DNA from: Anthoceros angustus
Taxonomy: Eukaryota > Plantae > Anthocerotophyta
Direction of reading: 5' to 3'
NCBI GenBank assembly: GCA_010909165.1
Contig: VJWM01000106.1
Coordinates: forward strand, 558,001-622,000
DNA: 64,000 nucleotides
This document shows, piece after piece, positions 34,546 through 44,623 of the stretch. Every line of letters begins with the position of its first letter. Within the stretch, counting starts at the first letter, position 1. Position numbers and translations under genes: made by a program. The notes under the pieces were generated by a model. That model was not told the origin of the DNA. It made no database searches and worked only from the letters and a program-made list of their open reading frames with translations.

Positions 34546-36614
34546 GGGGTTATTCTCCATTAAAGGGGTTTGGGTCCCTAAAGACCAAAAATGACCCCAG
34601 CGGGCCAAAATGCATCATCTTTAGCAAAACCACTCTTTAGACATGTCTTGAAAGACATTGACCATGTTATTTTCTCGTGAATACTTACGCTGAGGTTGAA
34701 GCGAAGAAGGTTCAGATTTCACCTTCACAAGGAAGGATTTCAAGGATTTTAATAGGTGCTAGGAATCCTAAACACCTCTTTTGAGCGATAGTACTTCCTA
34801 GCGGGGTGAGCAGTAGGCAAACCAAACAAAATTAGTCCAGCAAAGCTGCGGACGTCCGGCTAACCAACACGCAGTAGCAATTAGCGAAGAAGCAAACTGC
34901 GGACGTCCGGCGCAATTGTGAAGAACATTAACCGATAGCGATCATGGCCATCTCGAGAGGACCAAACTACGACTCTAAAAGTAGCGGGGCGTCGGTGCAC
35001 TTTGAGTACACAACCGGGATCTCCATTGTTAGAGTGAAAACATAGAAGGAATTGGAACAATGCGCGGACGTTCGGCACATTGGCGCGAGTCTGCTAAAAG
35101 CGCGCGGACGTCCGGCGCATTTTAGACCCCAATCTTGTGGGAGATGGAAATGGTGGAGTGGATGCGGACGTCCTATTATGTTATTCTTGTCTTCTCTAGA
35201 AATCCGGGATAGGTGCACATAGACTCAATGGCGTAAGAACTCCAAGGTTAAGCACCCGGTCGGATCGGTACAGGATGGGGTGCTTGACTTTGGTGCTTTA
35301 GAACTTCCTTATGCACTCTTGGGTCATTAGAACTAGGATGGCTTGCTTGTTTTGGCGCTTTGAAAACTTTGTAACAACTCCTTTGTTAAGCAACCTAGAG
35401 GCGTATCAATACTAGGATGGAGTGTTGATTTTTAGTGGTTTGAAAAATTTGTAAATCATCCGGTATCTAGGCGTAAAGTCATGAATATTATTTTTGAAAA
35501 TCATTTGTTGGTTGATGTTATATTCCCACATTCGCTTTGTATACAACATGTAAACCTTTTGGCCTTACTCTATGTGCCCCTTCGATGACGGGATCTCTTT
35601 GATTGGTAAATGTCAAAGCTCATTCGAGTTTGATGCACGTATAGATGCATAGGCCTTGGTTTCTAGATGAGCTACATTTTCCAAAATTCGACATGTATGA
35701 TGGTGGTTTCTAATGGCCAACCTTTTGAAGGCGACAATGTTTCACAATGTTTTGCGGAGAAGCAAGAAAATAAATAGAATAGATGATTTTTCCTTGAGTA
35801 ATGAAAGCACATCGGATGTAGTCGAACACAAGCATAAGAGAGCATCACTGCCAGCGAGCCCTAGTGAGAGCCAGTAGTATCTGAAGAAAGGGTCGCCCGG
35901 TGGGGTTTTGACCAAATGGTGAGTATTTCGGTGAGGCTCGAAGGAGGACCTATCTATACCCAGTGGCGCCCACTACGGTATGTGGCTAGGTGTTCGAGAC
36001 GAACTATAGCCAAGCTTCGCCAGAGATTTTGAATTTAAGATCGACTTGCTCCATGTGCCACCCATGGATAGATTAAGGTTGAAAGCGATGCGGACTTGAC
36101 AAGAAGAAATGTAAGCTACGAAGAGTTTGATCAAGAGCGGTTGAGGAGGCCTCACCATCCTTTACCTTGTCCAATTCTACGCAGGGCCCAATCTGCCGGA
36201 TCTAAGTGCGGCTTATCTCTGGAGGGCGGGTCAGGGCCGGGTATACTGCCGTGGGATTGCTCGAATCACGGGGTTTGAAAAGAGAATTGATGTGAGTGTT
36301 GGTGCGGTGGCAAGTGTGCACAAGCAGCAGGCAGTGCTTGCCTACACAAGTATTGACGCCCTCTCCAAACCCGGTGTATTGCACCTCTTTGGAGTATAAG
36401 TCGCCGGACGTTCGGTGCACTCCGGCTCTTTGGAGCATAAGTCATGATCATCCGGCCACTTGGTACAAAGTGTGTCCGTCATTTGTGCGGACGGTGGGCA
36501 GGTCTTCCTTGGGCTCGGATGCATGGGCTATGGGTTCGCAAATCACAGCAGGTGAAATGAGACATGTGCATTTACGGATGGTTGGGGCCAAAATGGGGTT
36601 GGAGACAAACCCTA
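34546..36614. mobile_element. hAT-like non-autonomous DNA transposon (~2.0 kb) inserted in the Gypsy pol; duplicate at 38378-40377
   Basis: TIR-like ends (TA)GGGGTTATTCTCCA...TGGAGACAAACCCTA (the TAGGG start is clear in copy 2); approximate 8-bp TSD (TCCTGTGA vs TCTTTGAG); subterminal CGGACG repeats at both ends; non-coding AT-rich interior. Confidence 0.55.
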
Positions 36615-36865
36615 TCTTTGAGAAACCGTTTGTCTAAGAGAATCGATGGAGGATTTCGTGAGGAGGAGGAAGACAAGCTAGGGTTGCAACCACCCTCGGA
36701 GGAGGTTCTTCAAGTCGGCCGGATGAGTGGTGGCATGAGCCGTGCAAAAGGCATGGAGGATGGTGCAAGAGGACGTCCTATGAGGAGAACTGCTGTAAGT
36801 TCTTGCCTAGGGTTGAGCTGTTTGTGACCTAAACACCAGGTCATCACATGGCGACCTCGGGAAGC

Positions 36866-37750
36866 ATAGTGCTCGTGGAACTCTTTGGAGGCATCGATCC
36901 GGCTTGGGCGGTGCTAAGTGTGGCATCAAAGTGCGAAGATCGTGCATTGTGACCCGGATCCAAAAGCAAGGATTGTGTCACGAGCGTAAGAGACTTGATG
37001 GGGAGTACCTAACCTCGGCGTGGGAGTCGGTGAAGGGTTACGAAGGCGCTGATGGATGTTCGCATGATAGGGTTGTCCCATTTGAGTTGTCTTGGGCAGC
37101 CGGTGGACCTTGTCATCGCGGGTTGGGAGTGTCAGGACTATCCTCTGCGAGGCAAGGGTCAAGGTCAGAAGGATCCACGCATTGTTCTATGACGATGAGG
37201 ATCTTGCGCTTGATCCGAAAGGGCAAGAAAGGCCTTGTGGATACATGTTGGAGAATGTGCCCGGCATGCATGAGCGTGAAGAAGCAAGTTCGAGGAGGAC
37301 TTTGCCACGATCCGAGGAGTGTTGGGTCGAGCTTCTATTGGATGCGACTCAATTTGGTTCGAGGGCTCATAGGTTGAGGTCCATGTGGACTAACCTTGCT
37401 CCTTGGAACATTTGAAGTGTGAGGTCGTTCACCGACCTAATCATGTTGTCAAGGATGTGCTAGCATCGGAAGGCATGCCCAACAAGTCATCAAGACCGAC
37501 AAGCCGCCGTGACTGTGAACACGCCTGACACCCCATGGCGGCTTGGCCAACCTTTGTGTCTAAGTCCAAGTCTTCGCCAGGGAACCATGGCCCGGCGTTG
37601 TGGTGGAGCCGGACATGGCGAGGCCTTGGGAGAGCCAACCACAGAGAGGAGTTGGCCATGGATTTGATCACGGAGCCAAGACAGGGAGTGGCCAGGAAGG
37701 CGGTGTCGATTGCTTGGGCAAGCATTTGACATGATGATGACTGGTTGTTT
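36866..37750 (+). CDS. DNMT3-like cytosine-5 DNA methyltransferase domain within Gypsy pol (copy 1, frameshifted)
   Basis: Motif I IVLVELFGGI (36866); motif IV DLVIAGWECQ (37106); motif VI YMLENVP (~37242); motif VIII LLDATQFGSRAHRLRSMWTNL (~37335); motif X RLLGQAFDM (~37707). Confidence 0.88.
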
Positions 37751-40645
37751 AGCGGGTCGCTTACCAACGAAACCGGAAGAAGGCGGGGTTGAAGCGGCGG
37801 CGGGGTTCGGTGGGTGAAGGACATTCCGGCACTCGCATCTCAGCGGGAGAAGGCGAGTTTGGAGGGCAAGGAGGCGAGCACGTAGAGGCGTGCAAGCCAT
37901 CGAGCCACGGCCACATGAGTGGTTAACAGGCCCGAGTTGAAGAGCAATCAGCGTCGGCTAAAGGAGTTGTTGGAGGCATCGCGACATGTGTTTGCTTTCA
38001 CGCTTGCGGAGATGGGGAAGTACACCAAAGGGAAGTTCCACATAGAGGCGACCACGGATGAACCGTGTTCGCAGGCAGGCTCGAGTGGGATTTGGTTGAG
38101 AATCGATGAGAGCTTCTCAAGCTAGGCTGATTCGGATCTAACTCGCGATGCATTGCGGCGATGCTTCCGAAAAGAAGGATGAGAATGGATTGTGGACGGA
38201 GACATCTACTATCGACCAGCCGGAGAAGTCGGAGCAAAACCGATGAACGGATGTTGCCCGCATCCCTCTCGCATGCATGGCAAGGATCATGAGAACTCAT
38301 TGCACCGCTACCCGTGTTTGGCGCAGAAAGGACACGCCATACGTGTTTGAACCTCTTGGCGTGTGTCAGTCCTGTGATAGGGGTTATTCTCCATTAAAGG
38401 GGTTTTGGGTCCCTAAAGACCAAAAATGACCAAAACGGGCCAAAATGCATCATCTTTAGCAAAACCACTCTTTAGACATGTCGAAAGACATTGACCATGT
38501 TATTTTCTCGTGAATACTTACGCTACAGGTTGAAGCAAGAAGGTTCATGGATTTCACCTTCACAAGGAAGGATTTCAAGGATTTTAACAGGTGCTAGGAA
38601 TCCTAAACACCTCTTCGATAGTACTTCCTAGGTGAAGAGGGCAAACCAAACAAAATTAGTCCAAGCCAAACCCCGGACGTCCGAACCAACACGCAAAAGT
38701 AGCAAGCGAAGAAGCAATCACACGGACGTCCGGCAATTGTGAGAGAACATTAACCGATAGCTTGATCATGGCCATCTCGAGAGGACCAAACTACGACTGA
38801 AAGTACTGACGTCGTGCACTTTGAGTACACAACCCCGGATCTCCATTGTTAGAGTGAAAACATAGAATTGGAACAATGCGCCGGACGTTCGCACATTGCG
38901 AGTCTGAAGCGCACCGGACGTCCGGCGCATTGAGACCCCAATCTTGTGCCCGAGATGGAAATGGAGTGGAGTGGCCGGACGTCCGCACATCTATATTTAT
39001 TTCTTTCTAGAAATATCCGCTTGGGATAGGTGCACATAGACTCAATGGCAAGAACTCCAAGGTTAAGCACCTGGTCGGATCGACGGGATGGGGTGCTTGA
39101 CTTTGGTGCTAGAGAATTTCGTTATGCACTCGATTAGAACTAGGATGGCTTGCTTGTTTTGGCGCTTTGAAAACTTTGTAACAACTCCATCTTAAGCAAC
39201 CTAGAGGCGTATCAATACTAGGATGGAGTGTTGATTTTAGTGGTTTGAAAAATTTGTAAATCATCCGGTATCTAGGCGTAAAGTCATGAATATTATTTTT
39301 GAAAATCATTTGTTGGTTGATGTTATATTCCCACATTCGCTTTGTATACAACATGTAAACCTTTTGGCCTTACTCTATGTGCCCTTCGATGACTTGCATG
39401 GATCTCTTTGATTGCGCCAAATGTCCGCTCATTCGAGTTTGATGCACGATAGATGCATAGGCCTTGGTTTCTAGATGAGCTACATTTTCCAAAATTCGAC
39501 ATGTATGATGGTGGTTTCTAATGGCCAACCTTTTGAAGACGACAATGTTTCACAATGTTTTGCGAGAAGCAAGAAAATAAATAGAATAGATGATTTTTCC
39601 TTGAGTAATGAAAGCGCCGGATGTAGTCGAAGCATAAGAGAGCATCTCGCACGCGAGCCCTAGTGAGAGCCAGAGTATCTGAAGAAAGAGGGCTGGTCGC
39701 CAGGGGTTTTGACCAAATGGCTGAGTATTTCGTGAGGCTCAAGGAGGACCTATCTATACCCATGTGACGCCCACTACCGTGGGTAGGTGTTCGAGACGAA
39801 CTATAGCCAAGCTTCGAGATTTTGAATTTAAGATCGACTTGCTCCATGTGCCACCCATGGATAGATTAAGGTTGAAAGCGATGGACTTGACAAGAAGAAA
39901 TGTAAGCTCAAGAGTTTGATCAAGAACGTTGAGGAGGCCTCACCATCCTTTACCTTGTCCAATTCGCTGGGCCCAATCCGCAGATCTAAGTCGGCTTATC
40001 TCCGACACGGAGGGGCCAGATGCATGCCCGCCGGGATTGCTCAATCACGGGTTTGAAAAGAGAATTGATGTGAGTGTTGCGGTGGCAAGTGTGCACAAGC
40101 AACTTGAACGAAAGTGCTTGCCTACAAGTATTGAAACCCTCCAAACCCGGTATTGCACCTCTTTGGAGTATAAGTGCCGGACGTCGGTGCACTCCACTCT
40201 TGAGCATAAGTGCGATCATCCGCCACTTGGTACAAAAGTGTGTCCGTCATTTGCGGACGGTGGGCACATTAGGTCTTCCTTGGGCTCGGATGCATGGGCT
40301 ATGGGTTCGCAAATCACCGAAAGTGAAATGAGACATGTGCATTTCGATGGTTAGCCAAAATGTCTGAGAAAACCCTATGTTGAAACACTGCTTGTCTAAC
40401 AACCGAATCGAATTCGATGGAGGATTTCACGAGAGGAGGAGGAAGACAAGCTAGGGTTGCAACCCCTGAGGAGGTTCTTCAAGTCACCGGACGGAGCGGG
40501 TGACAAAGAATGAGCTGCAAAAGCCGTGGAGGATGGTGCAAGAGACCAAAGGTCCTATGAGCCGAGAACTGTAAGTTCTTGCCTAGGGTTGAGCCTGCTT
40601 GTGACCTAAACACCTGTGTCATCACATGGCGACCTGGAAGGCGGC

Positions 40646-41517
40646 ATAGTGCTCGTGGAACTCTTTGGAGGCATCGCACGGCTTGAAGTGCTAAAAGTGT
40701 GGCATCAAAGTGCGAAGATACGTGCATTGTGACCCGGATCCAAAAGCAAGGATTGTGTCACGTGCGTAAGAGACTTGATGGGGAGTACCTAACCTCCGAC
40801 GTGGGAGTCGAAGGGTTACCGAGCGCCGATGGATGTTCGCATGATAGGGTTGTCCCATTTGAGTTGTCTTGGGCAACCGTGGACCTTGTCATCGCAGTTG
40901 GGAGTGTCAAGGACTATCCTCTGCAGTAAGGGTCAAGGTCTCAAGGATCCACGAACAAAGATTGTTCTATGACCGATGAGGATCTTGCGCTTGATCCGTA
41001 AAGGGCAAGAAAGGCCTTGTGGATACATGTTGGAGAATGTGCCGATGCATGAGCGTGAAGAAGCAAGTTCAGGAGGATTTTGCCACGATCCGAGGAGTGT
41101 TGGGAGCTTCTATTGGCACTCAATTTGGTTCGAGGGCTCATAGGTTGAGGTCCATGTGGACTAACCTTGCTCCTTGGAACATTTGAAGTGTGAGGTCGCT
41201 CACCAAGCGACCTAATCATGTTGTCAAGGATGTGCTAGCATCGGAAGGCATGCCCAACAAGTCATCAAGACCCACAAGCCGCCGACTTCGTGAACACGCC
41301 TGACACCCCATGGCGGCTTGGCCAACCTTTGTGTCCAAGTCCAAGTCTTACAGAACCATGGCCCTGTTGTGGTGGATGACATGGCGAGGTTTTGGGAGAG
41401 CCACCACAGAGGAGTTGGCCATGGATTTGATGGAGCCACAAAGACACCGGAGTGACCGAGAAGGAACGTCGATTGCTTGGGCAAGCATTTGACATGAACA
41501 TGATGACCTGGTTGTTT
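40646..41517 (+). CDS. DNMT3-like cytosine-5 DNA methyltransferase domain within Gypsy pol (copy 2, frameshifted)
   Basis: IVLVELFGGI (40646); DLVIA...KGQGLKDPRT (40882-40955); YMLENV (~41024); QFGSRAHRLRSMWTNLAPW (~41120-41176); VTEKERRLLGQAFDMNMMTWLF (41452-41517). Confidence 0.88.
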
Positions 41518-41669
41518 AGCTGGAGTCGCTACCAACTTCAAACCGAAGGCGGGGTTGAAGCAGCGGGTTCGGTGGGTGAAGGACATTCCAAGACTCGCAT
41601 CTCAACAGGAGAAGGCGAGTTTGGAGGGCAAGGAGAGCGAGCACGAGAGGCGCAAGCCATCCGAGCCCC

Positions 41670-43077
41670 ACATGAGTGGTTAACAGCGCCGAGTTGAAGA
41701 GCAATCAACGCGCCGCCTAAAGGAGTTGTTGGAGGCATCGCGACATGTGTTTGCTTTCACGCTATGAGATGGGGAAGTACACCAAAGGGAAGTTCCACAT
41801 AGAATCGACCACGATGAACCAAAGGTTCCGCAGAGGTGCTCGAAGGCCGAGTGGGATTTGGTTGAGAATCGATGCCAAGAGCTTCTCAAGCTAGGGCTGA
41901 TTCGACGATCTAACTCGCACGCATGTTGCTCCAAAAAGAAGGATGAGAATGGATTGTGGACGAGAGGAGAATGTGTGGTGACTATGGTGACCGGCGTTGA
42001 AGCGAATCCCACATGACCACTATCCCATGCCGATCAAGAGAGATCTTCGACACCATTGGGTGCCAAGTTCTTCTCAACATTGGACTTGAGGCTAGGGTTT
42101 CACCAAGTAGAGATTCGAAGACAAGAAGAAAGCGGCGTTAGGGTGATTGCTTATGCAGGTGGAATTACATGCCATTTGGGTTGAAGACATCCAGCGAGTT
42201 CAAAGATACATGGACAATGAGCTCAAGGACTTGCATTTAGCCAAGTGCTACATTGATGATGTCATCATCTTGCAATACCTTTGAGGAGCATCTACAACAT
42301 CTTGAGCGTCTTTGCTAGGCGGGTTGAAGGCCCATCCGAAGTGTCGATTTGGAGAGGACAAGGTGTTGTACTTGGGTCATTGGATCACGCTGACGGATCT
42401 CGCCGCATGCCACCAAGGTGGAGGCAATGCGCGCATTCGAGGCCAAGCGACATCTCGAAGTTGAGGGCATTCTTGGGGTTTGGCGGGTTACTACGAAGTT
42501 CATTCGCGGATGAGCGAGGATTGCGGCCATTGAATGACTTGTTGAAGAAGTTGGTGACTTGGCGTTGGACTCAAGAGGAGGTCGGCTTTCATGGAGTTGA
42601 AGGGTAGACTCATGAGCTCGCCAATTCTTGGTCATCAAACTTGATGGCCGTTCGTACTTTACTGATTGGAGCAAGTACGGGCATAGGCGATCTTGGCGCG
42701 GATCAATGACAAGGAAGAGGAACATGTCATTGCCTATGCGATCGGAGCAACAACCGGAGTCAACTACTACGCCTATGAAGGAGAATGTCTTGCGGCGGTG
42801 TGGGCGTCGGACACTTTCGTCCGTACTTGTTTGGACATCAATTTCGACTAATCGCGACCATCAACCCTTGCACGGTTGATGACGCATGAGCTTACGGAAA
42901 GGCGGCGGTGGGCTCTCATTCTCGAGTATGACTTTGTCGCCGAACACAGGCGGTGAGTTCACTCTAATCTTGATGGGTTGTCAAGGAATCCTCTACCTCG
43001 TGAAGACACTACGGGGGCGGGCAAGATTGGATGACGACAGCCGGGAGGAGAGTAGTCCAGATAGCATGTTGGCCATG
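41670..43077 (+). mobile_element. Gypsy reverse transcriptase and RNase H, cut at 43077 before the integrase
   Basis: KKDENGLW..RRMCGDY, KFFSTLDLR.GFHQV, MPFGLK, KCYIDDVII (~42243), KLRAFLG, YFTDWSKYG, EEHVIAYA, YEGECLAAVW, DHQPL, LDGLSRNPLP. Confidence 0.9.
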
Positions 43078-44623
43078 TGTGGAAGACCACATGTACACTA
43101 ACCCCTCTCTGAAGTGTCGGGATGAACGATTTTTTTTGTTTTGAGTGTGTTTGTTTGGCAAAGTGCCTTGAGAATCGCCGGGGTAAGGTCTTCTATACGG
43201 GAATGGTCCTTGGCCCTTAGTGATAATAATTTTCTTTTTTTTTTCGGGCCTTAGTTTTCGACCTCGGATATGTAAGTCGGAAATAGAGTCCTTGGGTTTT
43301 GGTAATTGTAGAAATAAGAAAGTGTCTATATATGTTAGGGGTGCCTACATCTTGCCCGATTCTTGTGATCAGAGGAGTGGCAGTTCCACCACGGTGGCGA
43401 AGAGCAGGCGTCTGACCAGGGGTTTAACCCTAGTGGCGGGCGGGGGCTGCAGGCAGTCGGGCGCAAGCGAGAAGGCACACCGCCTGCATGGTCGAATTTC
43501 GAGCCGGGGAGGCGGGCTGCAGCAGCTGGCGCGCATGCAAGCTGCGCTGGGCGAGTCTGTTATTTGTCGAGTGGGGCGCGTCGATCAGTCAGCAGTGGCG
43601 GTGGCGGAGGAAGGAAACCGGTGGCGAAGTGAAGGAGGAAAAGAGGCTGAGGCAAGAGCGCCACAAAGGGGAGTGGAGGAGAGGGTGGTGTTCCTTTTTC
43701 GACTGCCCCAGTGGGTCGGGTTCTTTTTTTTCCGGAGAAACAAGGAGAAAGGGAGATGGCGCCCGAGCTGCTCAAATCACTCATGCAAAGGGCCCAACAT
43801 GGACCATCGGAAGGTGAGAGCCGGGCACCGGTGCGTGGAGCCGGGTCTGGAATTTATGGAGAAGAAATGGTGTTACGCCAAAGATTGGTGCAAGAGTGCG
43901 CCCGCAATTGAGAACTGTCGCAAGAGGCGACGCGAAAGAGGCCGCAAAATCGATTGGGGCTCTTTCGAGCAGGCGGGGCGAGAAGCATGAGGATGGAAGT
44001 AATTGACCCCGAGAAAGAAGACCCCGAGCCGCAGCCCGCCATGAAGCCTCGGAGAAGTGAGGTGAATAATGGATGGGTGACTCGCCAACTCGTGTTCGGT
44101 GGGATTGGCCAAGTGGATTTTGTGTTTCGTAACCGAAGTTGGATCATATGGCGACTCACTCCGGTCTTTCTTCATGAGGTGGTTAAGGGTACACAAATCG
44201 ATTGGGGCGGATGATCTTTGAAAGAGCCTGTGAGGAGAAGGCGACTTGCTCTCCTTCCCTCGGCCCTCCTTGATTTCACCTTTTCTAATTCATGTTCGCA
44301 TTCGAGTGTCTAACGGAGTTGAAGTCGTGGTCTCGCCTCTTCATAGCCGGAAACCGTGGAACTCAAGTAGAGGAGGAGGAGCAAGGAGGATTCCGGGGAT
44401 TCAGCTGGGAATGCGCCCCTAGAAGATCTTGGATGAAGGTGGGGAGGTTTCCAAGGGTAAGAAGCGGAAGGCGACGGCTAAACGGGGTCGGAAGGAAGGA
44501 AGGACCAGAAGAGGAACCCACACCACATTTAGGGTCACTGTGTCGAAATCGCGAAGGAACGCTGAAGGAGGAGAAATAAGAGGGAACGACATGTTGTTCC
44601 CTCTGGGGAGGAGTCGCTTAGAG
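43078..44623 (+). mobile_element. First ~1.55 kb of a giant LTR (Athila-like family) inserted into the DNMT-Gypsy; partial duplicate at 49836-51171
   Basis: Starts TGTGGAAGACCACATG and is the reverse complement of 56590-58037. Confidence 0.8.

Larger units (their letters stand above)
34376..41960. repeat. ~3.8-kb tandem duplication inside the Gypsy pol (34376-38205 and 38206-41960)
   Basis: RT breaks after KKDENGLWTE at ~38200 and restarts at TCTACTATCGACC; the copies differ mainly by small indels. Confidence 0.9.

Noticed and set aside
35236-35420. Functional 5S rRNA gene
   Set aside because: Only degenerate A-box to C-box segments; the 5S 5' and 3' ends are absent.
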